Assembly (NCBI GenBank): GCA_040954595.2
Contig: CM082587.2
Span: 11,351,403 to 11,415,402, forward strand
DNA from: Balanoglossus misakiensis
Taxonomy: Eukaryota; Animalia; Hemichordata
DNA: 64,000 nucleotides
Reading direction: 5' to 3'
The notes under the pieces: generated by a model
What the model was told of the DNA's origin: nothing
Seen by the model: only the letters and a program-made list of their open reading frames with translations
Database searches by the model: none
Shown here: piece by piece, positions 11,827 to 24,680 of the stretch
Layout of the letters: the number at the start of each line of letters is the position of its first letter
How positions within the stretch are numbered: the stretch's first letter is position 1
Position numbers and translations under genes: made by a program

Positions 11827-14800
11827 ATTTTCTGACAAAATAACAAACATAATACATGTTTTAAAATTGTATCACACACTTATTTATTTATAAAACACTG
11901 CTAGAAAGGTAAATGACCAGTAATATATATATATATATATAAAGAAATACAATCATTAAAATATTAAAAATGTCAGTCATATCTTACAAGCTTTACTTTT
12001 GTATGAGTCTCAAATGTCTTTAATTGCAAACCTCTTGACTACTTTAGCATCTGTAAAAACACTGTAAATGAGATGTGTCCCCTTTGTTCAGAATTTGTAC
12101 AATCACTTATAAAATATGTACATGCCATGGGATTCATTATTATATATACGTGTACTTGAACAATTTGTAGGACTGTTGGACTTTCACACGACAACTTTGG
12201 TCAGTACTGGTATGAAATTTATCACATGTTTGGCATAACTGAGCCAAGTGTGAATTTTAGCTCAACAAAAGATTAAATATTTCACATAATACAATATAAA
12301 TTTCGTACAGCTTGAAATTAGTGTTTGATATTAAAATGACATATGGAACTTGGTTGTCTATGCCAGAGTTCACAGTGGCTTCACTGTACGCTAAATATAT
12401 AAGATGCATTTGGGTAGACCTGTCTTTAATGTTCTGAAGATAAAGTTTATAAAGTCCTACGGTTTGATTTTCAGCAAAATCATGCATCTAATGGTTGGTG
12501 AAAAAAACGTATTGAGATACCAATCGCCTGGCGACATATATACCAAATTACACTTTGATACCCCCTCCCCCACAATAATAGGCATTGAAATCTGTTTCAA
12601 GACCAGTGAGTGGAGTCTGTTGTCTGTTGTTTTCAGTCACTTTCTACCATCTCTTGCTGTGCTTCATGGTAGCGTTCCTTCAATGTTGTTTGTGTGGCTT
12701 TGGGTAGTACACTACCTTGTGTTAACTGAAAATCCCAAAAAATGGCAGATTGTATCCACACAGTTTCAACATTTGGCTTTCTGTTTCGGCCCGCTCCACA
12801 AAAGGCTGGTTTCCACAAAGCAGACCAAGAACCTGAATACCAATGCAGCTGAAATGTTTCCTCTTCTGAGTTTACAGCGACAACTTTTCCAAGTTGAGGG
12901 ATTTGTTTTAAACTGGGAATGTACACAGCCACAAACATATCTTCCTGTAACGTTTCAAAGTTGTCAACATTCAAGACTGCATTGGTATCCAATCCATTCC
13001 TATTGTTACAATCTCCTTGGTCATTTGTTGCCCTACTAATTGGTCGTGGTGTCCTTCCAATAATGACCTATTAAAAAGAAAAAAAAAGAATAAAATACTT
13101 TTAGAGGTCTTTTTTATAAGATTGATAAGATTTAACACTTTATTTATCACATTGAGTTTTCACTTTTCATAATTTTTCTTTCCAAAATGACTTTGCTATT
13201 AACAATAAAGAAAAAAAATCATGATCAAGCCTGTCATGAAAAATAGTCCCCTTTAAAGGTGAAGTTACCCTTTAATTTAGCTTTTCTAGTTGAAATGGCT
13301 GATAGTCTAAAAGAGAATTGAATTTTTTTCAGGCAAACTCCAAACCCAGGGCAAGTTCAGTCTAGCTGAACCTAATTTTGGCATGTACAGACATCTACTC
13401 CTTTGCCGTCGACAGGAATAATTTTACTTTGCCAATATACTAAGTACGTGCTGCCCACATTAAAGGGACAAAGTCTCTCTCTTAATTAAAACATAAGTAA
13501 AACATTTTATTTTCGCAAGTTGAATTTTTGAATTTTTCACTTGTGTGTTTCTGCAAGTGGGATGGAAGTTGTGTGTGGTTGAATGTTGATTCACTATATA
13601 TCCACATGTACATTTTCAGAACACTATTTATCATTAGTGTAATTCTGTCTTGAACCAGTGATAGTTACAATTAAAATGCTACTTACATCATCACACTCTC
13701 TTTCAATTCTTGTCCTGATCACTTCAAGGTGGCTTGGTAGTGTCTGTTCTGTTTCCATTTGCCTTCTTTGGTCTGCTGCTTCAATCAGATCATGGAAAAA
13801 CCATGTTGTTGGTCTGTTTGGTGGAACCTACAAGTGAATCAGAGTGCATAATATATAATTATCCACGAAAGAAAAACTCGAGCAGTTAGGAAAACGCTTA
13901 TCTGCAACAAGCCATGTCTTCAAATTTATCATGTTCTTTGCGGCGGACACATGAACTGACAGATAGATGGGCAGATTGACCATACCCCCCTCCCCCAGGA
14001 CTGGACAGAGCCCAGTCCCCCTGACGCTGTCCGCAAAGACTAAGAAAAATTGTGAGTTTATAGTTAATTCACCACTCAAAGGAATTATGCTTTTCAAAAG
14101 GAATGTTATATTGCATGTTCTTTCTCTGCAATATGTGTTCTGAAAATAACTGTCATATCCAGTATGCCTTTTATGTCTGAAGTATAACACACCTATTCAT
14201 ATATTTCAACATTTTCCACAAAGTCCCTCAGGCACTCTCTGTCAGCATCCCTGGGTATTCTCCATTCATAACTGTCTGGGATATCCTTCTTTAGCTTCAC
14301 AGGGTCCATTTTTTCTATGCATGGCTGTACAAAATCTGGAACGTCATTGATATCTGGCACACTCTATGAGATAAACAGCATGTACATTGATCAGTACTAC
14401 AATTTTAAAATATTTTCAGTTCAGGCAAAAGGATTTTTGTAAATTGTAACTGGTGGAAATATTTTGATTCAAAATTGCCCAATTGCTCTCATGATATGAC
14501 AGAAGTCGATCTCATTAAAATAAGTTTAAAAATGTCAAATCAGCTCAGTACTAATATTGCATGGTCCCCCTTTTCATGTTACGTCTTCAGGGCACTGCAA
14601 ACTTCTATATTGATGCATATAAATCATATAATATAAATACCTGTAAGCACTTTAGCCCCAAACTTTCATCAATTGGTGTGGTGGTTCCCTGCTGATACTG
14701 GACTGTTGGCCTCCAGACAGATGTAGAGTAGTGCCGATAACGCATTCTGGTCTGCCCATCTACTTTCTTGAACTGAAAACACAATGGTTTCGACTGTCCT

Positions 14801-14859
14801 CTGAAATATTTGCTCATGTGTGGGACCAACCACTTTTTAATATCAAACACATGAGTTAC

Positions 14860-17255
14860 TGTCGATCATTGTGCAATAAATCCACAGCTATCAACGAATT
14901 CCTGCAAGACTGTCATTTGGATGTTTTAATGCTTGCTGAAACGTGGCTTCGTGACGATGACAGTGATTCATCCCTCATCAATGAAAATCTGCCACCAGGC
15001 TATAGCATCATCAGTGTTCCGCGTAAAGGTCGTGGGGGAGGCATCGCTACGATTTTTAAATCTTCACTGTCAGTGTCACAATGTCCACCTTCTACCTCAA
15101 TCAAGTCGTTTGAATTAATGGAGGTACGTATAAAAACTCCATCGTCGCATATCACACTAGCCACGGTTTACCGTCCTCCTCCGAATAAAACAAATGGTTT
15201 CACTGTTGATGACTTCGTTAATGACTTCACTGACTTCTTGTCTTCTCATCTCACCAACAACGCCCCTCTTGTCATCACTGGCGACTTCAATTTTCATATT
15301 GACAATCTGAACTGCCCAAATGCCCGGAAATATCATGACATGTCGGCCTTGTTGACGAGTGCTCAGGTAACCAAAAACAATTATTCAAGGTCGTAAAGGG
15401 ACTGCTTGGTCACAATAACACATCCACTGTACTACCAAAACATGATGATTCTCTGGAATTAGCAAATCGTTTTGCAAAATTCTTCATTAATCGCGTAAAA
15501 TCACTAACTATAAATATGGGCAATTCCATTCGACATCATTCACAACCACAAACTGAATTGAAATCCGATTGTCGCCTTAATGCCTTTGAGCCTACAACAG
15601 CTGATGAAATTGACAAGGTTATTCGTGCATCGCCTTCATCTACTTGTCGCCTTGATCCGATTCCTACCAAGATCTTCAAACATTCTGACATTTTACAAGT
15701 TTTGTTACCACATATCACAGAAATCTTCAATAACTCTCTGCAGTATGGTGCTGTACCTCCTCATTTCAAGGAAGCCATCGTTAAACCTCTACTTAAAAAG
15801 CCATCTCTTGATCATGAAGTTCTCAAAAATTTCCGTCCTGTATCCAACCTGCCGTTTTTGTCGAAGATCCTGGAACGTGTTTTTGCCAAGAGACTGACTT
15901 CTCACATTGTCAACCATTCATTGGACGAGCCTTTGCAATCTGCTTACAAGCCAGGACACAGTACTGAGACTGCTCTCCTCAAAGTAACAAATGACATTTT
16001 GCTTGCTCTTGATGAAAAAAGAGATGTTTTCTTGGTATTACTCGATCTTTCCGCAGCATTTGACACTGTGAACCATACCATTTTACTCAATCGCTTAAGA
16101 GACCGCTTCGGTCTCTCAGATACTGTTCTCATGTGGTTTAAGTCATACCTTTCCAATCGTAGTCAGTGTGTACTTGTAAATTCCACCCAATCACCTTTTT
16201 ATCCGCTCGACACTGGGGTACCACAGGGATCAGTTCTTGGTCCCATACTTTTCAATATGTACACGTCTCCATTAGGTGAATTAGTTCAAAGTCATGGTTG
16301 TCTTTATAGTTTTTATGCAGATGACTCTTCACTTTATATGTCTTTTAGTAAAGACAACGCAGCAAGAACTGTTTCAAATCTTGAACTTTGTATTTCTGAT
16401 GTTAGGTTTTGGATGTCTGAAAACTTCTTGTGCTTAAACGATGATAAGACTGAATTTGTTATTTTCTCTGGTATTTTGGGTGATCTGTCTGCTAGAGGGA
16501 TTTCAGAAATTCGTGTTGGCGATTCTCTGATTCCCGTCCATTGTCAGGCTAAGAGCCTTGGAGTGATCCTTGACTCTTGTCTGACAATGAAGCCACATAT
16601 TAGACTGATCTGCCGCTCTGCCACTTTTCATTTACGTCGCATTGCGCTTATCCGCAAATATTTATCTCATTCAGCTACAGAGCAATTAGTTCATGCATTC
16701 ACTACGTCTCGAATTGATTCATGTAATTCACTTTTATTTGGGCTCCCGAAGTATTCAATCAACCGTATCCAACGCGTTCAGAATATTGCTGCTAGAATTG
16801 TAACTCGTTCTAAAATCACCTGTCACATCACTCCAATTTTGTATCAGTTGCACTGGCTACCTGTTACAGAGCGTATTGTTTTTAAGATGTTAGTTCTCAT
16901 TTTTAAATCCATTCATAAACTTGGTCCAATCTATCTTTCTAGCATGACTAATCTATATGTTCCATGTCGCAATTTAAGGTCAGCTGATCAGTTCAAACTC
17001 TGCCCTGTTCGATCACGCACCAAGAGTTATGGTGATCGTGCTTTTACTGTTGCTGCTCCAATTCTTTGGAATAATCTTCCACTCACCATTCGCCAGGCAC
17101 CAGACTTATCTGTTTTTAAATCAAATGTTAAAACTTTACTTTTTAAATCTGTTTTTTAGCCATTTGTTGTATTGTACTTTTGCTTTAAGCGTCATTGATC
17201 ACATTTTTTTGTGGATACTGACGCTATACAAATAAATTATTATTATTATTTATTA
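14860..17255 (+). mobile_element. L2-clade LINE, 5'-truncated and internally deleted, inserted antisense in transposase exon 7
   Basis: APE endonuclease fragment (CRSLCNK, LAETWL, GGGIA, VYRPP, GDFN) followed by RT. AATAAA and a (TTA)n tail at 17231-17255. TTAC flanks both sides (14856-14859, 17256-17259); excision restores KHVTHVFDIKKWL. The endonuclease C-terminus (TLDL/SDH motifs) is missing near 15330-15370. Confidence 0.93.
15516..17159 (+). CDS. Reverse transcriptase portion of L2 ORF2
   Basis: NFRPVSNLPFLSKILE, HSTETALLKV, LLDLSAAFDTV, GVPQGSVLGP, YADD, HITPILYQLHWLPV, GDRAFTVAAPILWNNLP. Confidence 0.93.
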   Translation: MGNSIRHHSQPQTELKSDCRLNAFEPTTADEIDKVIRASPSSTCRLDPIPTKIFKHSDILQVLLPHITEIFNNSLQYGAVPPHFKEAIVKPLLKKPSLDHEVLKNFRPVSNLPFLSKILERVFAKRLTSHIVNHSLDEPLQSAYKPGHSTETALLKVTNDILLALDEKRDVFLVLLDLSAAFDTVNHTILLNRLRDRFGLSDTVLMWFKSYLSNRSQCVLVNSTQSPFYPLDTGVPQGSVLGPILFNMYTSPLGELVQSHGCLYSFYADDSSLYMSFSKDNAARTVSNLELCISDVRFWMSENFLCLNDDKTEFVIFSGILGDLSARGISEIRVGDSLIPVHCQAKSLGVILDSCLTMKPHIRLICRSATFHLRRIALIRKYLSHSATEQLVHAFTTSRIDSCNSLLFGLPKYSINRIQRVQNIAARIVTRSKITCHITPILYQLHWLPVTERIVFKMLVLIFKSIHKLGPIYLSSMTNLYVPCRNLRSADQFKLCPVRSRTKSYGDRAFTVAAPILWNNLPLTIRQAPDLSVFKSNVKTLLFKSVF

Positions 17256-20200
17256 TTACATGTTTCACGAAGACAGGTACATTATAACAGCCAGTGATAA
17301 TCCGCTCCATATCTGCAGACAAAAAAAATCACAGGGGTGTTTAATAGGTAATAATATTCCTGGTTTCAGATCAGGCTGTACCATTATATTACCTTGAGGA
17401 CAACAGTAAAATTGTGCAGTTCCAATAACATGCTTTACACAAGTGCATCAGGCATATCAGAATGACTTTAATTGGATTTTTTTCTCCTGTGGTCTTCCAT
17501 GCTTTGAAGGCATCCAAACTATAAGCCAGTTCCTTCATATCACCAAACAGCCCGTGATATCATTATAACATATCTCCTATTCTCTATATCATTATTACAT
17601 ATCTCCTATTCTCTAGATCTAACCTTTTATTTTACTTTTGAACACTGACCTGAATGATGATTGTGTAGATATTGGCCCTACTGTATCTCAGATTCTACAC
17701 GCTTAGAATGAGAGTTCTAATGACACTAAAATGATTACTTGTCTGTCATTCTGTGCTGAGAACACCAGAGTTATATTCAGAACACAACACTTCCTGTTTT
17801 GTGATTGTAGTTTTTTAACCAATTATAGACAAATATGTCTGTCATCCAAATTTCAAAGCAATTTGGCAAGCCAATTCAGAGTGGATTCTTTACCATATGT
17901 GAAGAAAATTGCCAAGATACAAAATTAAGAAAAGTATATGAAGTCTCAACCTTAGGTACCTGTTCACCAATTTGCCTAGTAGTGAGATTTTATTTTTGAC
18001 CATTTTTACACGTTTTTGTTTACTTAATTGCATATTTTTGCAGATTTAGAATATGAACTATAAAGTAGCTGATTTTATCAGTCAAAAAGTGATAATCATA
18101 CAATCTTAATCGAAAGTTGATGACAACTGTCTCACCTGCCATAGTATACACATTTGTCTTCCGGAGTAGTTTACTAATGCATGAGAACAGTTGATCAATA
18201 TCTTCATGTGTGTGTCCAACTGGTAGGAAGTGGAAGTCAACCTGCAAGAGAACACAAAAGAACTCATTCAATCAGTTTTAAGGGGTATGTTTACGTATCT
18301 ATCAAAACTATGTATTCAATACACTTCAACATCGATGGAGCATAAGATTGACAGTTATGCGCAGGGTCGACACATGTCAAATATATATATACATTCAATG
18401 CATAGTGTAGCATAAACAATGTCATGTTCAAAATCATGAAGTGACAATATCTGACTTGAAAGAAACGTACATTTCTACTGATTTCAAAAAAACATGATCA
18501 GCATATACTTGACGAACTGCATGAGATATTAAACTAAATTCTATCATTAAAATTTATACACTCATAAGAATGATTAACATTTTGCAATTGTAAGAAAAGG
18601 GCTCCTACACACATCAGCTGTTCACAGGGGTGAGCAAATTCATTGGTCTAAGGTCTGGGACTAATATTTATGCAAGGTTAAACCACAGAGATTTTTTTTG
18701 TCTGGTCTGATGGACCCACTAACATAAAGTTAAAAATCAAAGAAGTGACAACTGCCAGAGCCTTTGACTGTAACAGGGGTGTGAGAGTACCCTTTTGTTC
18801 ATTTGAAAGGATTTGATCTGTCATGAACAAACCCCGAGTCCAGTTTACATCAAGTTTAAAAGGATAGCAGCTCTAACTTTTGAAAATAAGTTTACTCTAT
18901 TCATGTTACACATTGTGACCTGTTTGTCTAAATAACTATACTGAATCATGCAGAATCACCTGATGACTGACCTCAGTGAACAACCTGTGGCAATTCCTCA
19001 TACCCAAATGGACAGAAATTAAACAATGGGGACAAACGATATGCAATGTAATTGACCAACAATATAGTAATGGTACAGTTTGCATGCAACTGTACATGAA
19101 GTAAATAAATTATTACCTGGTCAAATATGTTCAACTCAACCAGAAGATGTCCAAGAGACAGCATGTATCTATTCTTGTTCTCCCGGTAACAATTGTCCAT
19201 CTGGGCAAACAATCTCCTTGATAGTCTGACTTTGTTGTCTACTAAAGTCTGCAAAATGAGGTTCATCGACAGATTGCTGTCATGTGGAAAGTTCAGTACA
19301 TCCAAATACGCTGGCACTATCTTGCCCCCTGGTACATTTGTGTGAATGATATTTCCTAAAATGTAAAAATATGAATGTGTAGGTGTTCAGTAAAAAACAA
19401 ACGGAGCAAAAGATAATTGACTGACAATAATTCATGTGTAACACAGTGGGGTACATTTGCACAACAAAACCTCATGATGTGTCATTTGACTGACGTACAC
19501 ATAACCAAAGAAAACATACAGATGCCATGGCCAACCAACCCTTCTAAAATCTTATCTTACCAGTAAGATGAAGTCTTATACGAGCAAGACATGCAGTCAA
19601 CTTGTCATTCTCAACAAGATGGGGAATACAGGTTTTTGCTTGGTCCATGCCATCTTGGATTATACACATTACTTCATCTGCCTCTTTTCTAGCTTGTTCT
19701 CGTGTATTGTGGTACACCCGTCTTTCAATCCTGTAAAGAAACAATGAAAATATAATTGTGTACACAACATACATATTTTTCATTGAGTTAAACCTGCATT
19801 TACACCCTACGGTAATGAAAACAGTCCATTTTAGTAAAAGTGACTATTTCAGAAAAACTCATGAGCTGGTCTGTAACATTAAAGAGATTTTCAGGGGTTA
19901 ATTATAGTCCATTCTATCAAATCGTCATGAAAGCATACCGGTACTTCTCAATTAAAACTGAATAAAAAATATTTCTAAAGACATTTGTCAAGCTTGTCCG
20001 ATTACATTTTCATACACAATCTAGTTTTTTTTAGTTCCCCAAACTGTATACTTACTCAACCTGCTGCACATGTGTGTCAATCAAATTCTTTATCTTCTCT
20101 CTTTCCGTTGCTGTTCTTGCCCGAGCAAGGTCCTCCTTCAGCTGAACACATATGCTACATTTCACAAATTCTTGACGCTGTAAAATCAGAAAAAAAATCA

Positions 20201-23200
20201 CATCAATGATACATTATTTACACTTGATCTATTCATTGATACAATCAAGAATGTTAACTTTCTTTGATACATATGGTCTACTGCTGATCTAATTACCTCT
20301 AAAATAGGACAGCAAAGCAATTTAAGTACTATATAGCAGAAAGTATGCCCAATTGGTGGTTGCATGTTTTAGGTTGAAAATGACAAAAGTTGCCCTAAAC
20401 ACCCCCCCCCCCCCCCTCTGGTCAGCATCTGTTGATGCCCTCTTGAACTATCGACTAGCTTCAATCAGAAAGAACTTTTAAAAAGCATCATCTGAAAATT
20501 AGTCCTGACACATATGCAACTGATGACAAATTTCCTCCAAATGTTTCCTACTAACCTTTGGAATGACAAATTCTGGCAGGTGTTTCTGCCATATTTCTGT
20601 GAAATACTCATATTTAATGTTGTCGTCCTTCTTGATACCCAAGTCTTCCTCAAACTCTTTCAGCATTCTTTTATGGAATAGTTTCTTTGAAGATGATGTT
20701 GGCAAATGTACCTAGATAAATGATAACATGTACAGTACAAACATAAGTTACAAACTCGTTGTTTATAAACACAAAATGTGTTCATGAGCAGAGGATGATA
20801 TCAAGGGCAAGTCCAGGACGCATCACCCTATGAATACAACATGACTTGACACATGAGGTGGTTCTCATGTTTTTGTAGTGAAGGGACTCGCACACAAACA
20901 AACAGTACCGCAGATGTTGGTCCTAAACTGATCACAAAGGCCCTACAATTCTCAAATCACATCTAAATTGGTCAATTCAATCGGTTGATTATATCTGGTA
21001 AAGATTATTTCTGTATTCCATCTGTATTACACAGATCATTCACACTTTCAAAAAGATGTGACACACCTTGTTACTGGTGCAAAGTTTGTCAGACATGAGT
21101 TGAAGCTTTGAAACTTCAATTAAAATAAGGATTTGAAATAACCTACCTGAGTCTTATGAGGCATCCAATCACCGATTCGCTCAAATAAAAACCGCATCCA
21201 CGACAAGGCTCTCTCAGTTTTGGCTGCTGACCTTTTCATATGTGTGTTGCCATGTACAATGTTCACCTTGCCGTCACGGAAAAGTCTGACACAATCTTCT
21301 TATCTTTTCTCACTAACATTATAGATTTCACGCCATGCTTGTTCACATGTTTTCTTACCAAGCACTTTGAGGTCCGTGACAATGGCCTTTCTTCTGTTCT
21401 TTGAGTAGGTGAATGAAGAAAACTGGCGGAGAGTGTCAATAATAAACTGTTTTTGTCTCGACTCATTGCCAAGGTCTTTAAACATCATCTCCTCTTCACG
21501 CAGCTCGCTTGGTGAGAATGAGTGAAGGCATTTCGAGTCACAACAACGAATATTGTAAACAGTTGTATAATTGCGCAATGGCTGGGAAATTCGGCGACTG
21601 CAACGACGATATCTTTTTCTTGGAGGCGACACGTCACTGTCTTTTTCCATCTTCTCGGCAACGACACCATCTGCAGAACTGTGCTCGCCAGGCTCATCAC
21701 TTGAGAATGCATGTGTTGCTATTGTTGTTGTTGTGTAACTGCTTGCAGTAGAAAGAGTGGCTGCGACCAAGGAGGCAGGACGGGAGCATTCAGGAATGCT
21801 GTCCGAGTTGACAATGTTTTGGTGACCTGGGCAAAAACTGGCTATGCTGGTACCAGTTCCGCAATCGCTCGTGGAACTCCAACAGTCTGTTCTGACGTCT
21901 GACTCTTCATCTGTACATTTTTCTTCGTTTTCAGCCAGCTGCTCCTGTTTATCATCTGCTCGTATCCCTCTGTGGCCTAGAAATTTCTCCTGCTCTGTAA
22001 ATGTGCATTCCATGAAATGATCAACAGTTAGATTATCAGAATTATCCATATCAGGAAAAAAAGCAACACTTTTATTATGGAAAAGCACAAAAAATAATTA
22101 TCTAAGATTAGGTTTATAAAAAATAAAAACACAATCTCTGGTTAGGATTATAAAAAGTGTAAACAATGTATTAGTCCAAGCAAAATTAGGATAAAATATT
22201 AATATTCAATTAATAACAGTTAGACTTAACTGATGTCAGTATATATAGTCACAGATTAAAAGTTAGTGATACCACTATTACATCAATATTAAGAAAACAC
22301 AATAGAGAAGACTAAAACACTGACAGAGTAAATGACTTTTACAAAAGTATTGTGGGATGTTGAGGAAACAATATATGTATCTCAAAAATTTGTAGAATTA
22401 CAAACTGACAAACATAAAAATTGCACTGATTATAAATATAAAAGACGAGTCGGCCAAACGTTTAACCAAACCCTTTCCACTGGAAACTACAGGTCAGGAA
22501 ATACACTGAAAGAAAGAAAAAATATAACATGACACTTTATCAGCTACTTTAAATAATTTGAGAGTAGTAAACAAGTTAGGCTATGAAACTATAATTTGAG
22601 AGTAGTAAACTTAGACTGAGAAATTATAAACTAGACTATTAGAACACAGAAACAAGCCCATGTTACAGATGCGCCACGCCCCCTTTCATAACACCTTCGT
22701 GCCAAAGTCTTAATCATTTTTGTTTCTGAATTGTGGAGACAATTTGAGAAAGTGCCAGCATAATTTGCATATGACTTTCATACACAACTACTACAAGTAC
22801 AAGTGATACTCATCCTGCTGTTTGTTATGCTAATAAGTGTCGCACACAAATAAAAAGAAAGTGCGAACCTGTGCTTTTAAAGTTCACATCCAAGCTTTCA
22901 AAAGAGGGACTTGGTGTTGTTTAACTTAGTTTTTCACGAGAAGGAAAGAACGAAAATGTTGACAAATCAGCAACTTTGCACAATTACAAAAAAAGTCACA
23001 ACAATTAGCAAGTTGGTTCGCATGGGGATTTGGAAGGGGGTGTGTTTCAGTTGGGAGTACAGTGAAAATTTTATCTGTATGATAGCTCATTTTTTTCATG
23101 AAATATTTTTTTGCATCTTCATTAAAGAAGTAAAAAAAAATCCAAATCGGCCAACTACTTCTCCAGATATCCACATCTGCATACGCTAATTTTAATGGAA

Positions 23201-23872
23201 TTTTGGTCAAAAACTGTCAATATTGCTCAAAATATCATATTACAGCTAATCTCATTGGCTATCATTTGAAACTACTTTCAAAGCTTAGTACCTATTGGCT
23301 CTCGTCCACGATTGTGTGCAGTCGGCCCAAGTGGAAGTTTCCCCGAGGGAGACAAAACACAGCATGCTATATATTACGTGAATAAAATTACTCAGCTTAT
23401 AGAAAATAACTTCAATGAGCTACTTTGCCAAGTTGTCAGAGCGAGAAATTGTCATTTTAGAACTACGGAATATTTTACTGTGTACGGCAGTTCGTGTAGC
23501 CGCCATATTGGATTCTGAACTCCCTACTTTCAGTCAAGTGTGAAAACTGGACGCTGAAAGTGAAAAGAGTTATTAGACAAGTGACTAAAAAGAAAAGAAA
23601 ACAAAATCATCGACAAAATAACTGAATCCATCTTGTTCGGGTGTACTCTGATCTGGTCTCACTTACAGAAACATGGCAAATTCAGACATACACAAGAGTT
23701 AGAACTGGTTCGCCCGAGCGAAAGTAACAAACATTGTGTACACACTGAAAACTCAACTCACCTCCTTCACTGCAGTGCTCCGAAGTCTTTGGCCTTTAAA
23801 AAACTCTCAAAAACCTTCTAGAAAAACGATGACAGACGAACGACGACGATTAATACGATAGACAAGAACTAA

Positions 23873-24680
23873 GGCTGCATTCACAAACACCTCTGGAGGG
23901 GGGGGGGGCAGGAGAATTGAGGGGGGGATTTGAAAAAATTAAGGGTATGTAAGGGGGGGATTTGAAATAATTTAGGGACTGAAAGGGGGGGACTTGAAAA
24001 CTTTAACGACTAAATATTTATTTTGAGTCCACAAAAATGCAGTTTCGCGCCCTTTATTTTACAAAATTTTCTAATGTGGGAGGGGGACACCCCCTCCCAC
24101 ACCCACCCCCTCCATTCATCAACACCTTTCAATCATTGACTGGTTTATCTAGTGTCCCAGGTCAGGGGACTTGCCCCCACCCCATGATAACTTTGAGCGG
24201 CGACGGTTAAATTTGTCCTCCCCAACATACCGGTAGTTGGAGTTAATTTGCTTTTGCCGGGTTCATTAAAATGCAGCTTTGAGCTCTGTATTTTAGAAAA
24301 TTTTCTTACGTGGGAGGGGGACACCCCCTCCCAAACCCACCCCCTTCAATTATCGGTTTACAATGTCTCCAAACACAGAATACAAATATATGTACTTAAA
24401 AAATAAAAACAATGTTCAGTTTTAATACCCACTGATGAGGGGAAATATCAGTTTCAAATTCTTTTCATGGGAGTGCTGTTTTTCTTTTTACAAGATAGAT
24501 AGGTGATGTGTTTTGCTCTGTGAAAGAAAATGGGGGGGGGGGATTTCAAAATTTTGGCAGTTCGGAAAGGGGGGATTTGAAAATATTGGCAGTTTGGAAG
24601 GGGGGCATGTGAAAATTAGCGGTAAAAAAAATTGAATTCTCCCGCCCCCCCCCCCTCCAGAGGTGTTTGTGAATGCAGCC
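23873..24680. mobile_element. PIF/Harbinger-type MITE (808 bp) nested in the giant transposon
   Basis: TIR GGCTGCATTCACAAACACCTCTGGA(G)nC.GGAGAATT at both ends (~45 bp). 3-bp TSD TAA at 23870-23872 and 24681-24683. G-run-rich interior with an internal duplication near 24063 and 24297. Confidence 0.88.

Larger units (their letters stand above)
12633..22049 (-). pseudogene. Intron-containing DDD transposase (~904 aa reconstructed, 10 coding exons), inactivated
   Basis: Phase-consistent GT-AG exons: 22049-21147, 20711-20556, 20177-20056, 19730-19561, 19355-19117, 18241-18136, 17312-17260 joined to 14859-14641, 14363-14193, 13827-13687, 13067-12633. Motifs: IGDWMP, VHLP, KCSIC..H, IIQDGMDQAK, QMDNCYRENKN, FLPVGHTHEDIDQLFS. 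Lesions: in-frame TAA at 21300-21302, TAG at 14193-14195, and a LINE inside exon 7. The start codon is tentative. Confidence 0.88.

Noticed and set aside
9766-11857. Four 650-690 aa repetitive ORFs on both strands
   Set aside because: By-product of a 39-bp unit (13 codons) lacking stops in several frames; no unique domain or splice support.
12404-13039. 211-aa plus-strand ORF
   Set aside because: Antisense shadow of the last transposase exon.
14731-14859. N-terminal part of the 221-aa endonuclease ORF
   Set aside because: It is the antisense of transposase exon 7 running fortuitously in frame into the LINE.
17556-17615. 29-bp tandem duplication in a transposase intron
   Set aside because: Ordinary slippage duplication with no further structure.
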